NCBI GenBank assembly: GCA_963555755.3 | Contig: OY820905.2 | Span: forward strand, 3,424,001-3,488,000 | Origin: Nitrospirales bacterium | GTDB lineage: Bacteria; Nitrospirota; Nitrospiria; Nitrospirales; UBA8639 | DNA: 64,000 bases | Direction: 5' to 3' | Shown here: one piece after another, positions 30,520 to 39,900 of the stretch | Layout: each line of letters opens with the position of its first letter | Position numbering within the stretch: position 1 is the stretch's first letter | Made by a program: the position numbers and the translations under genes | The notes under the pieces: model-generated | Database searches by the model: none | What the model saw: the letters and a program-made list of their open reading frames with translations, nothing else | Told to the model about the DNA's origin: nothing

Positions 30520-31134
30520 ATGTCGACATCATATCAGGTTTTGCGGGGTCCAGAGCATTTTCTTCCCCCAGCTGCAGCCAGTATGGGTATTCGTCTGCCG
30601 GATCCCGGACAAGCTCATATTCATGGGAAAATTGTCCCGGAAGAAGAGGCCTTGGAAGCTGCGGCTCGTCAGTTTTTATCAGCCAAAGTTCCCACGATTT
30701 TCCCAGGTCCCCTTGTCCTCTGGGCTTGGAATGACAAGGCAGCCAAAAAGGCCACGGCGATTAGATATTTATATGAGACATTGAAAGAATCCGTGACACC
30801 ATCCCAGAATGCCATGCTGATTCCCATGCCTGACTACCGGCCCAAATATCCGAAAATTGACCCTGAAGTCGAAATCAACCCCAATCATCCCAATCTCACC
30901 ATTTGGCATAACAAAATTGATGCGTGTATGTTCGTTGGGGTTCACTGCCACCAGGCGAATCTCTCTCTCAAAATTATTCGTGGAGGGACAGACTGTTATA
31001 CGATTGCTATGTGCGCAATGGCTGGCCATGAAGATGCGATGCTGTCTTTTCGCGACGCAACAGCCGAAAAGATCATGAGATTGGCTGATTGGGTAAAAAA
31101 ATTAAAAGGGTCAGTCGAGCCGCCTAAAGACTAA
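30520..31134 (+). CDS. Five-subunit 2-oxoacid:ferredoxin oxidoreductase, delta subunit
   Basis: IPMPDYRPKYPKI.PEVEINPNHPNLTIWHNKI..C.FVGVHCH motif, first gene of the operon. Confidence 0.85.
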   Translation: MSTSYQVLRGPEHFLPPAAASMGIRLPDPGQAHIHGKIVPEEEALEAAARQFLSAKVPTIFPGPLVLWAWNDKAAKKATAIRYLYETLKESVTPSQNAMLIPMPDYRPKYPKIDPEVEINPNHPNLTIWHNKIDACMFVGVHCHQANLSLKIIRGGTDCYTIAMCAMAGHEDAMLSFRDATAEKIMRLADWVKKLKGSVEPPKD

Positions 31135-31259
31135 GGCTTGAGGGTTGAGAAGTCCCGATAAGGGAACTTCCCCATTTATTTAAGATTTTTAACTATGTAC
31201 AATAGCAGAGCAATGATGTTAAAAAAGCCAATTAGCCCTAATCTGAAGGAGGCGAAATC

Positions 31260-32468
31260 ATGGCCACTGAATCGTTAGTTGGAACAAAAAATAAAGTAGG
31301 TCAGACCATCACCGACGCATGGGAAATGATGCATAACTCCGAGCGTTCCCCATGTTTTTTCACGGGGAGTGAGGTCATCAAAGAAGCTATTCGACGAGCA
31401 AATGTCGATGTAATGATTGCCTATCCGATTACCCCGCAAAGCGAAGCGGCGGCCTTAATCGGAGAATTGTTTGCCGAAGGGTATATCGGAGATTACTTCC
31501 GAGGGGAACATGAGTTCGCGGTGATGTCGCAATGTGCGGGTGCGGCCTTTGGTGGCGCTCGAGTCTTTACGACGACCGCTGGTCCGGGAACCATGCGTGC
31601 CATGGAAAACTTCCCGATGTGGTCTGGAGCACGGCTCCCTATTCAGATGATTGTGACCTGCCGCGGTATTAATTCACCCCTCTCTATTCAACCAGACACC
31701 TTAGAAATCTCATATCTCTTAAACACTGGCATGCTGGTGTGGCATGCTGAAACGGCTCAAGATTTCTATGATTGGATTTTGAAAGGGTACATGGTTTCGG
31801 AAGAGCCGGATGTTCATTTGCCGCTGGCGCTCTGTTGTGATGGGTTCTTTGTAACTCATACCAAAGATATGGTGAATCTGACTCCCGCCGAAATGTGTCT
31901 CCCTCCGTATGATCCGTACCGGTCTCCCGTTCCGTGCATGGATATGGAATGTCCTCCCGTTCGGATGATGCGAGACCCATTTGTGATGAAGAGCAATTAC
32001 ATTAGCTATGCCACCCATGCGAGCTGGCAACAGGAAGTATGGGCTGCTATCGAGCGTTCGAGAAAGCACACCATCCGATGGCTGGATGGGCTTGTTGAAG
32101 TCGAAAACCCGAATGCGGAAATACTCATTGTAGCTTCAGGGACCGCTGTTTCTCAGGGACGGGAAGCCATATCACTTTTGGAAGAAGATGGCATTGATGT
32201 GGGACTCGTAAAAATTAAAGTACTGCGCCCATGGCCAGAAGATGAAATTCGGGAAGCCACGAAAAATGCTAAACACATCATTGTGCCGGAGTTTAACGTT
32301 ACTGGTTGGTTAGCGAGAGAAATCAGAGCGACGATCCCCAATACCGAAAGAGTGTATGCCGGACCGCATGTCTGTGGTGGCATGACCCTGCCGCCGGAAA
32401 TTATTGCGGCTGATATCAAAAAAGTTATCGGTATTAAGACTGCTGCGTTGGTTGGGCGGGGAAGTTGA
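31260..32468 (+). CDS. 2-oxoacid:ferredoxin oxidoreductase, alpha subunit
   Basis: AYPITPQSE, FTTTAGPG, DGFFVTH. Confidence 0.93.
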   Translation: MATESLVGTKNKVGQTITDAWEMMHNSERSPCFFTGSEVIKEAIRRANVDVMIAYPITPQSEAAALIGELFAEGYIGDYFRGEHEFAVMSQCAGAAFGGARVFTTTAGPGTMRAMENFPMWSGARLPIQMIVTCRGINSPLSIQPDTLEISYLLNTGMLVWHAETAQDFYDWILKGYMVSEEPDVHLPLALCCDGFFVTHTKDMVNLTPAEMCLPPYDPYRSPVPCMDMECPPVRMMRDPFVMKSNYISYATHASWQQEVWAAIERSRKHTIRWLDGLVEVENPNAEILIVASGTAVSQGREAISLLEEDGIDVGLVKIKVLRPWPEDEIREATKNAKHIIVPEFNVTGWLAREIRATIPNTERVYAGPHVCGGMTLPPEIIAADIKKVIGIKTAALVGRGS

Positions 32469-32518
32469 AAGAAATTAACATTACAAATGGAGAGAAGATA
32501 ATTATAGGAGGCCGCTAA

Positions 32519-33424
32519 ATGAGTAAAGAACGAATAAAAATAGCTCCGGAAATGTATGACATCATGCCGCCGGAATATCAGGACTTAGTTAACAAAGCCA
32601 CGTATGGGAAAGAATCTCGAGGGTGGAAGGATATTGGTACTTCCAAAGAATTGATTGAAGAACATTCGTTATGTGCAGGGTGTCCGGAGTCAATGGCCTT
32701 TCGGTACATTTTAGCATCCCTCCCTGCTCCCGAAGATACCGTGATGGTGGGTTCGACAGGCTGTACCAGTCTAGTTTTCCCCCACATCGCCATTCATAAT
32801 ATTCACTCTCTCTTTGGAAACCAAAACGCGATTGCTTCCGGACTCAAGCGAGCGTTGACTGTGCGGTTTCCTGGGCAGGTCAAAGATGTCGTGGTGTTGG
32901 CAGGGGATGGCGCAACGGTCGATATTGGACTCGATATGACCTTACAAGCGTGGTTCCGCCAAGAAAAGTTCACCACCATTTGTTTTGATAATGAACTCTA
33001 CGCCAATACCGGCGGCCAAGAAAGCGGATTGATGCAAAAAGGGTTTGTGGCAAAGATGGCTCCCGTGGGAAAGAACTTCGAAAAAGTTCGACTTCCTGAA
33101 ATTGCGAGAGAATCCGGCTGTCATTACATCGTGAATTGTACGGTCAGCAAACCAAACCTTGTGGAAAAAGTGATTAAAAACGCGATCTATGTAGCTCGCG
33201 AAATTGGGCCGACCTATTTGCAGCTGTATACTCCCTGCATTCTTGAAATTGGAAAAAACAGCATGGAAGGCCTTCAAGAAATGCGGGACTCGGAAAAACC
33301 CACCGAACGCTTTGCGTACAGAGAATATATCAGTGATCAGGCAAAAGAATTGTTGACCGAAATGGCCGCAAAAGAAAAAGAAAGAAAAGCTGCTGCCAAA
33401 AAGCAACTGGCAGGAAAAGCCTAA
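32519..33424 (+). CDS. 2-oxoacid:ferredoxin oxidoreductase, beta subunit (TPP-binding)
   Basis: LCAGC, GSTGC, AGDG...DNELYANTGGQ. Confidence 0.93.
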   Translation: MSKERIKIAPEMYDIMPPEYQDLVNKATYGKESRGWKDIGTSKELIEEHSLCAGCPESMAFRYILASLPAPEDTVMVGSTGCTSLVFPHIAIHNIHSLFGNQNAIASGLKRALTVRFPGQVKDVVVLAGDGATVDIGLDMTLQAWFRQEKFTTICFDNELYANTGGQESGLMQKGFVAKMAPVGKNFEKVRLPEIARESGCHYIVNCTVSKPNLVEKVIKNAIYVAREIGPTYLQLYTPCILEIGKNSMEGLQEMRDSEKPTERFAYREYISDQAKELLTEMAAKEKERKAAAKKQLAGKA

Positions 33425-33453
33425 CCAGCCAAGGTTGGTCAAGGAGGAACGTA

Positions 33454-34152
33454 ATGATCAAAAAGAGAATCAATATTCGAATGTCAGGCCTTGGAGGGCA
33501 AGGTGCGGTCACAGCAGCTCATGTGATGGCGATGGCGGCTTCTCGCGATGGGAAATTTTCGATCTCCAATCCATTTTTTGGCGCTGAAAAGCGGATGGCC
33601 CCGGCAGAAAGTTATTGCCGAATTGGGATCAACAAAATTTTTGACCGTGGAGAGTTGGTCTATCCTGATGTGATTGAAGTGTTTCACCCGCAAGTCATTA
33701 CATTGGGTAAAAGTTACACGATGCCATTTTATTCAGGCATCAAAGAAGGAGGACTCGTCATCATCAACTCGGACATGCCTCTTCTTACGGATGAAGATGT
33801 GAAGCGGTTGAAGGATTTAGACGTGGCGGTGTTTTACATTGCCGGGACTCAGGTTGCGTTAAAAGTTGCGGGTACCGAGCTTTCCACGAACATGACCATG
33901 ATTGGGTCGGTCGCCGGGATTACGAAATGTGTCTCTTTGAAGGGACTCGAGGGGGCTCTTCAGGAGAGGTTCGGCAAAAAGTTTGTGGCTTCTGGTGGTA
34001 CTGCTACCTTGGATGAAGCCATCAAAAAGAAATTCGCTAAAAAAGAAATGCTGTTAAAGAAAAATATGGATGCTATAATTGCTGCGTACGACATGGCGTC
34101 TGAATGGGCCGAAAAGAATAATTACGAACTAGCCGTCGCCGCCGCGGCATAA
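33454..34152 (+). CDS. 2-oxoacid:ferredoxin oxidoreductase, gamma subunit
   Basis: IRMSGLGGQGAVTA, FFGAEKR. Confidence 0.93.
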   Translation: MIKKRINIRMSGLGGQGAVTAAHVMAMAASRDGKFSISNPFFGAEKRMAPAESYCRIGINKIFDRGELVYPDVIEVFHPQVITLGKSYTMPFYSGIKEGGLVIINSDMPLLTDEDVKRLKDLDVAVFYIAGTQVALKVAGTELSTNMTMIGSVAGITKCVSLKGLEGALQERFGKKFVASGGTATLDEAIKKKFAKKEMLLKKNMDAIIAAYDMASEWAEKNNYELAVAAAA

Positions 34153-34177
34153 AGAAATAGGGAAAAGGTAGTTATCA

Positions 34178-34456
34178 ATGTATAACGTAGCGCTTGTGAC
34201 TGGTGAAAAGTGTGTGGCTAAAAAAGGATGCCGATTGTGTATCATGTATTGCCCAGAGGCGAATACCTTGGATCTCGACGTCGAAAAGATGATTGCCATG
34301 GTGATCATTAACCGGTGTAAGGGATGTGAGTTGTGCATGGTCGTGTGTGATGCGGCCAAACACGAAGCCATTACCATGGTGGCTGTCAACGCCGATGGAA
34401 CATTAACGAGTTCGGCTGGGGAGGCCGCTGAGTTAGGGCAAGCCTATTCAAATTAA
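34178..34456 (+). CDS. 2-oxoacid:ferredoxin oxidoreductase, epsilon subunit (2[4Fe-4S] ferredoxin-like)
   Basis: C.....CRLC...CP and CKGCELC...C motifs. Confidence 0.9.
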   Translation: MYNVALVTGEKCVAKKGCRLCIMYCPEANTLDLDVEKMIAMVIINRCKGCELCMVVCDAAKHEAITMVAVNADGTLTSSAGEAAELGQAYSN

Positions 34457-34470
34457 CGAGTAGATGATAA

Positions 34471-34517
34471 ATAAAGCCCCATGACATTGGTTTAAGTGAA
34501 ATGTCGTGGGGCTTTAT
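34471..34517 (+). terminator. Terminator after the oxidoreductase operon
   Basis: ATAAAGCCCCATGACAT / ATGTCGTGGGGCTTTAT stem. Confidence 0.7.
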
Positions 34518-34568
34518 TATGTCCAGTGGAATAAAGGCCAATTCCTAATTTAATTGTGAGAAAACCAA

Positions 34569-34832
34569 ATGAGCCAAGATCTTCGAGAATTAATGGATGG
34601 AATCCGCGATCGGATGACTCAATTTCATGAAAAGTTAGAAAGTCGAGCCCAAGAAATTGAACTCACGGGCGGAGACCATGATGTGGCGAAAAAATTAACC
34701 ATGGGCGCTGATGCGATGAAAGACAGCGGCAATATCTATGTGTCCTGGGCCCGCCATTATGTCGCGCTGTCAGAGGGTGGAGCTGCGGAGGCCGAGGAAG
34801 GGGAAGAGGATTCTGACGATTTTCAGTTTTAA
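34569..34832 (+). CDS. Hypothetical helical protein with acidic tail
   Basis: Clean 87-aa ORF with host-like codon usage, containing GADAMKDSGNIY.SWARHY. Confidence 0.7.
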   Translation: MSQDLRELMDGIRDRMTQFHEKLESRAQEIELTGGDHDVAKKLTMGADAMKDSGNIYVSWARHYVALSEGGAAEAEEGEEDSDDFQF

Positions 34833-34871
34833 TAAACGTGATACACTCTTTTTAGGAAAAATGCTGGCTTA

Positions 34872-35050
34872 GGACCTGAGAGAAAATAACTTGGACGTCT
34901 CGCATCCCATCTTTGGGCCACCTTTGAACGGGCCTCAATCGAAACACCTTCAACATAGCTGTGCTAGGCCTCGGGTTTTCCTCAATCGTTCCGTCCAAAT
35001 CCGACCCAAATCTTGGCCCGATATTGTCCAAGTTATTTTCTCTCAGGTCC
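34872..35050. mobile_element. MITE-like element, family D (179 bp)
   Basis: 25-bp perfect TIR GGACCTGAGAGAAAATAACTTGGAC with TTA/TTA flanks. Confidence 0.9.
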
Positions 35051-35186
35051 TTAGCGTTTTTTTTGGTATTGATCAAAAGAACTCGCCAGTATATGATTTG
35101 AATGGCTAGCATTTAACCGCAATACACCGACTCCTTTTTTCACAGTTGTGTTCCTCGGTAGCTCAGTTGGTAGAGCGGTCGGCTGT

Positions 35187-35743
35187 AAGGAGACGTGGCC
35201 TGGTGGCAGAAAGGAGAAAATACGCTGATCGTAGAGAATATCTGATCAATGCCGTCTGAAAACGTCGCAAGGAAATTCGCCAAAAAGTAATACTCCATTT
35301 TGGCGGACGTTGTCAGCGGTGTGATTATGATCGGTGTATAGAAACATTGGAGTGCCATCATCTTGAGTCCTCAGAGAAAGATTTTGGAATTTCTAGCAAA
35401 GGGTATACTCGAAGCTGGAACCAAATCCTGAAGGAACTTGAAAAATGTGTGCTCCTGTGTGCCAATTGCCATCGAGAGGTTCACGCCGGATTGCAGCTTC
35501 CACAGGAAACTGTGGTTGAAAAATCGGGTGAATTCAGGGAAGCCTTCCCCGGGTTCGTGACGAACTCGGAATGGGAACCCTGAGCGAAGCCTGCCGAAGG
35601 GTCTCGTGTAGGCAGGAACGTGCAGAGACTAGAGGCTGAGGAACCCAACCCAATAAGGCCTCACAAGCGCCCGACACCCTCCCCTGATTGTTCAGGCGGG
35701 TGATGAGATAGTCCGAGCCCGGTAGAAATGCTGGGGGTACTCG
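35187..35743 (+). ncRNA. Group I self-splicing intron (557 nt, IA-like) at tRNA position 35/36
   Basis: P1 GGCTGT/GTGGCC with U.G at the 5' splice site, P3 TCGGGTG/CGCCCGA, P4 TCAGGG/CCCTGA, R GCAGAGACTAG, S GAGATAGTCC, GAAA-capped P9, terminal G. Confidence 0.93.
35203..35583 (+). pseudogene. Intron-encoded HNH-type endonuclease with in-frame TGA at codon 19
   Basis: GTG 10 nt after AAGGAG. MAERRKYADRREYLINAV*KRRKEIR...GGRCQRC..CIETLECHH...KCVLLCANCHREVH is a zinc-binding HNH signature. Confidence 0.85.
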
Positions 35744-35789
35744 TAACCGACTGGTCGCAAGTTCGAGTCTTGCCCGAGGAGCCAATTTA

Positions 35790-35822
35790 AAAAGGCCATG
35801 AGATAATTTCTCATGGCCTTTT
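35790..35822. terminator. Bidirectional terminator between tRNA-Asn and fdx
   Basis: AAAAGGCCATGAGA / TCTCATGGCCTTTT perfect stem. Confidence 0.85.
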
Positions 35823-35860
35823 ATTTTTGTAGGGAGAAACTGTCTGCGGACCAAAGGATT

Positions 35861-36277
35861 TCAGTGACCTTCTTTTACCAAATTTTTATTCCACTCTGGA
35901 ATTTCTACGACAAGGTTTTTGGACCCATCCGGAATGCACTGGCAAGCCAATCGAGATTGCAGCGTGAGGGCCGGAGCTTCGTCCAATTGGTCTAACTCGT
36001 CATCTGTGGCTTCGTTACAGGTCTCCAGTCCTTCCTTTACAATAACGTGACAGGTTGAACAAGCGCATACCCCTCCGCACGCATGTTCCACATCCAGACC
36101 TGCTGCTCCCATGGCAATATCCAGAATACTCCCAGGTTGGCCGGTTGGGCCATAGGGAATTTTACTTGGATCAACCTCGACTACCACATTTTCTCCTGGT
36201 GTTTTGATCGTGACGGTGAATGGTTGTGTCGCGGCTTTTGCTTCAATTTGCTCTATATAAGGATTGCTCCCACCCAT
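35861..36277 (-). CDS. fdx: ISC-type [2Fe-2S] ferredoxin
   Basis: HACGGVCACSTCH...SRLACQ. ATG 36277 follows AAGGAG. Confidence 0.92.
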   Translation of the reverse strand: MGGSNPYIEQIEAKAATQPFTVTIKTPGENVVVEVDPSKIPYGPTGQPGSILDIAMGAAGLDVEHACGGVCACSTCHVIVKEGLETCNEATDDELDQLDEAPALTLQSRLACQCIPDGSKNLVVEIPEWNKNLVKEGH

Positions 36278-36388
36278 CTTGTTCTCCTTGTGTCGTATAA
36301 AAAATTTATACGTATTTATAAATTTTATGTTACTTTTCAATACATTATGTTAAGTTGTGTTAAGTTTCTGCAATCGCCGACTGATGTT

Positions 36389-36462
36389 ATCTCCGACTAA
36401 ATTACTCTTGACTAGACGAGAATGTCAATGGTAGTATTTGTTCCGATGGTTTTGGTCGGAGA
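36389..36462. promoter_or_regulatory. isc promoter with candidate Rrf2/IscR operator half-sites
   Basis: TTGACT-N18-TAGTAT (36408-36437) flanked by the inverted pair TCTCCGACTAAA / TTTGGTCGGAGA. Confidence 0.5.
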
Positions 36463-36502
36463 CTTTATCAATCTGTGATTGGAATGAAGCGAAGAGGTTC
36501 CT

Positions 36503-36982
36503 GTGCTGAAGTTCTCCAAAAAGGCAGATTACGCGTTATTGGCCCTCCAATATATGGCCTCGGTTCATGGCAGTGGGGAACTACAACCGCGTGTGGTGAA
36601 TACCAAGGAAATTGCGGAAGAGCATTTCATGCCAGTTGAGCTGCTCGCGAAAGTTCTGCAAACCTTGGCACGGCATCAAATCATTGAAAGTCACCATAAT
36701 GGGCCCAAGGGTGGGTATGTGTTAGGCCGAGAGCCCAAAGACATTTCCGTCGCCCAAGTATTAGAGGCCATCGAAGGGCCCTTGGGCATAACAGATTGTT
36801 ACCACGAAAAAGATCAGTCGTGGTGTGACCAATTGGAACGTTGTAATATCCGAACACCATTGCTCAAAATTCAAGACAGCATTTATAAATTGCTTAACAG
36901 CATGTCGATTGAGGACATGCTGATGGATGAATCGCCTTTAATCATCGTCGAATCTTTAAAGCTAGAAGGAGTGAACTCATGA
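36503..36982 (+). CDS. Rrf2 family regulator (IscR-like)
   Basis: [21 protein letters not shown], three Cys, heads the isc operon. Confidence 0.9.
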   Translation: MLKFSKKADYALLALQYMASVHGSGELQPRVVNTKEIAEEHFMPVELLAKVLQTLARHQIIESHHNGPKGGYVLGREPKDISVAQVLEAIEGPLGITDCYHEKDQSWCDQLERCNIRTPLLKIQDSIYKLLNSMSIEDMLMDESPLIIVESLKLEGVNS

Positions 36983-38193
36983 AGTTACCCATTTATATGG
37001 ACAACCATTCGACCACGCCCTGCGATCCTCGCGTGGTGGAGGCGATGCTCCCGTATTTCACCGAAAAGTTTGGCAATTCAGCGAGTCGCAACCATTCGTT
37101 TGGTTGGGAGGCTGAAGAAGGGGTAGACACCGCACGAAAGCAAATTGCCAAACTGATCAATGCGGATTCCAAGGAAATTGTCTTTACCAGTGGTGCGACG
37201 GAATCCAATAACTTGGCGTTGAAAGGTGTGGCGGAGATGTATCGCGAAAAAGGTGATCACATCATCACGAGCTCGACGGAACATCGTGCGGTGATCGACC
37301 CGGCCAAATCGCTTGAGAAGAAAGGTGTCAAGGTCACCTATCTTTCGGTGGATAAGACCGGCACGGTGAATCCTGATGATGTGCGCAATGCCATCACGGA
37401 TAAAACCATTTTGATTTCGATTATGTTAGCGAATAACGAAATTGGCACCATCAATCCCATTAAAGAAATTGGGAAGATTGCAAAAGAAAAAGGCGTGCTG
37501 TTCCACTGTGATGCGACTCAAGGCGTCGGAAAAATCCCGGTTAATGTCCAAGAGCTAGGCGTGGATCTGATGTCTTTTTCGGCGCATAAGATTTATGGGC
37601 CGAAAGGCATTGGCGCATTATACGTTCGGCGTAGGGCCCCTCGAGTCCGCTTGGCGCCGATGCAGGATGGCGGTGGTCATGAACGGGGCATGCGGTCAGG
37701 GACACTTCCTGTTCCATTGATTGTTGGTTTTGGAAAAGCCGCGGAGTTGTGCGAACAAGAAATGGCAACAGAGTCCGTTCGAATGATGGCTCTGCGCGAT
37801 CGACTGAAGGCCGGCATTATGGGGGCGATGGAAGAAGTCTATCTGAATGGGCATCCTACCGAACGGCTGCCCGGGAATCTGAATATTAGTTTTGCCTACG
37901 TCGAAGGCGAGGCGTTGCTGATGGGGGTGAAGGAAATTGCCCTTTCTTCTGGCTCGGCGTGTACTTCTGCGACACTCGAACCGTCTTATGTGCTTCGGGC
38001 GCTTGGCGTGGGTTCGGATTTAGCGCATTCGTCCATTCGGTTTGGGATCGGCCGATTTACCACAGAGGAAGAAGTGGACTATACGATTGATCGGATGCTT
38101 AAGGCTGTGAATCATTTGCGAGAGATGTCGCCATTGTATGAAATGGCCAAAGAAGGGATCGATCTCAGTACAGTCGAATGGGCGGCTCACTGA
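36979..38193 (+). CDS. iscS: Cysteine desulfurase
   Basis: [29 protein letters not shown]-terminal EWAAH. Confidence 0.97.
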   Translation: MKLPIYMDNHSTTPCDPRVVEAMLPYFTEKFGNSASRNHSFGWEAEEGVDTARKQIAKLINADSKEIVFTSGATESNNLALKGVAEMYREKGDHIITSSTEHRAVIDPAKSLEKKGVKVTYLSVDKTGTVNPDDVRNAITDKTILISIMLANNEIGTINPIKEIGKIAKEKGVLFHCDATQGVGKIPVNVQELGVDLMSFSAHKIYGPKGIGALYVRRRAPRVRLAPMQDGGGHERGMRSGTLPVPLIVGFGKAAELCEQEMATESVRMMALRDRLKAGIMGAMEEVYLNGHPTERLPGNLNISFAYVEGEALLMGVKEIALSSGSACTSATLEPSYVLRALGVGSDLAHSSIRFGIGRFTTEEEVDYTIDRMLKAVNHLREMSPLYEMAKEGIDLSTVEWAAH

Positions 38194-38261
38194 ATTAGAG
38201 AAACAGGAAATATAGCCAATCGTGCTTTGCATAATTGTAAAAATCTAAGGAGGGTAGAATC

Positions 38262-38681
38262 ATGGCATACAGCGAAAAAGTGATTGACCATTACAACAAT
38301 CCTCGCAATATGGGGAGCTTTAAAAAGGACGAGGACGGTGTGGGGACAGGCATTGTTGGTGCTCCTGAGTGCGGCGATGTGATGAAGCTTCAGATTAAAG
38401 TCGAAAATGACACCATCGTCGATGCCAAGTTCAAAACCTTTGGATGCGGGTCGGCCATTGCCAGCTCAAGTTTGGCGACAGAGTGGTTGAAAGGCAAAAC
38501 CGTAGAGGAAGCCGGGCAGATTAAAAATACGGAAATTGTGGAAGAACTCAATCTTCCCCCAGTGAAAATTCACTGTTCAGTGTTAGCGGAAGATGCGATT
38601 AAAGGGGCATTGAATGATTATAAGAAGAAAGCGGAGCTGAAGTCACAGGAAGAAGCAACGGCTGCCTCAGCTAGTTCCTAA
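38262..38681 (+). CDS. iscU: Fe-S cluster scaffold
   Basis: YSEKVIDHY.NPRN.G, APECGD, FGCGSA, LPPVKIHC. Confidence 0.97.
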   Translation: MAYSEKVIDHYNNPRNMGSFKKDEDGVGTGIVGAPECGDVMKLQIKVENDTIVDAKFKTFGCGSAIASSSLATEWLKGKTVEEAGQIKNTEIVEELNLPPVKIHCSVLAEDAIKGALNDYKKKAELKSQEEATAASASS

Positions 38682-38712
38682 ATTGGTGAAGTTGGATTAA
38701 GGGAGAAGGAAT

Positions 38713-39066
38713 ATGGAGACGACACAAACGACAGAAACCCCCCTGGTGACCTTGACGGATGCCGCGGTTGAAGAAGTGAAGCGGTTGATGGATGTGCAAG
38801 ATCTCACCGAAGGTGGTCTTCGCTTGGGCGTCAAAGGTGGTGGATGTTCCGGTCTCAGTTACACAGTTAACTTTGATGACAAGATTGGTGAATTTGATAC
38901 GATTTGCGAAAAGGATGGTGTGAAAATCATCGTGGACGCAAAAAGCGCCATTTATCTTGAAGGCATGCAACTCGATTATCAAAAGGATCTTGTGAGTGGG
39001 GGATTCAAATTTAGTAATCCCAATGCCACCAAAACCTGTGGATGTGGAGAATCCTTCTCCGCGTAA
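38713..39066 (+). CDS. iscA: A-type Fe-S carrier
   Basis: GGCSGLSY, CGCGESF, position in the isc operon. Confidence 0.93.
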   Translation: METTQTTETPLVTLTDAAVEEVKRLMDVQDLTEGGLRLGVKGGGCSGLSYTVNFDDKIGEFDTICEKDGVKIIVDAKSAIYLEGMQLDYQKDLVSGGFKFSNPNATKTCGCGESFSA

Positions 39067-39151
39067 AGACCCACGATAGTGGGGAAATGAAAATGATTCG
39101 AATTGGCGGGCATGGTGCAGTTGAACCATGCCCGTTGTGCGAGTGCCGACG

Positions 39152-39877
39152 ATGAGTACACAACCGACATCAGCTGATCGTGTGTCCCGCGAATTGCCCA
39201 TGGCGCGAAATATGTGCTGGCATTGCCAGTCCGAGGTCTCCGGAGAATACTTTTGCGGTCGATGTGTGAAGATTCAACCGCTTTCGAAAGAGTTGGACTA
39301 TTTTACCTGCATGAACCTTCCTCGCCTGCTTACCATCGATAAAAAATATTTGGAGGACACATTCTATTCGTTGAGTCGTACCTTTCATCCGGATTTCTAT
39401 GCCAATAAGGATGAAGGGGAAAAAGCCGTCAGTCTCGGGAATTCGGCACTTCTCAATACAGCGTATCGCACCCTCAAGGATCCGATCCAGCGGGCAGAAT
39501 ATCTGATTCGATTAGAAGCAGGTTCAGTCAAGGATATTCGTTCTGCCCCACCTGCTGATTTATTTGATGAAATTCTGGAGCTCCAGGAGGATTTAGAGGA
39601 GTTTCGTTCGCTATCCGGTGAGACCGATTCAGAGCGTGGACGAGAATTACGAAACAAGCTTCACACGGATCGAGAGACCCTTGAGGTCCGCCAGGAGCAA
39701 CTCAAGGCTGAACTGTTTGGGAAGTTTCAGGAATGGGATGAGCTTCAGGGCTCATCGGACGGCTCAGCAGACACTCGTGGTAAGAAAAATGACGTGATCA
39801 AAGAAATGCAGGAAATACTTTCTAATCGTACGTATGTACGAAATATCGTGAATGATCTCATCGCGGCCACGAGTTAA
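39152..39877 (+). CDS. hscB: Co-chaperone HscB with N-terminal CxxC-CxxC motif
   Basis: CWHC..CGRC, HPD J-domain, N.AY.TL.DP..RA.Y. Confidence 0.92.
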   Translation: MSTQPTSADRVSRELPMARNMCWHCQSEVSGEYFCGRCVKIQPLSKELDYFTCMNLPRLLTIDKKYLEDTFYSLSRTFHPDFYANKDEGEKAVSLGNSALLNTAYRTLKDPIQRAEYLIRLEAGSVKDIRSAPPADLFDEILELQEDLEEFRSLSGETDSERGRELRNKLHTDRETLEVRQEQLKAELFGKFQEWDELQGSSDGSADTRGKKNDVIKEMQEILSNRTYVRNIVNDLIAATS

Positions 39878-39900
39878 ACCTCAATATTGACAGGAAATTA

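Larger units (their letters stand above)
35152..35784 (+). tRNA. tRNA-Asn(GTT), interrupted; exons 35152-35186 and 35744-35784
   Basis: Joined exons give a canonical 76-nt tRNA: acceptor TCCTCGG/CCGAGGA, D-arm GCTC..GAGC, anticodon stem GTCGG/CCGAC with loop CTGT|TAA, GTTCGAG T-loop, GCCA end. Confidence 0.96.

Noticed and set aside
35257..35259. In-frame TGA as selenocysteine or recoded sense codon
   Set aside because: It lies in a basic N-terminal helix rather than at a Cys position, no SECIS is evident, and TGA terminates many host genes in this window.
36328..36355. dif site (TTATGTTAAGT resembles a XerD arm)
   Set aside because: There is no plausible XerC arm at the right spacing, and it lies in the AT-rich fdx/iscR promoter region.
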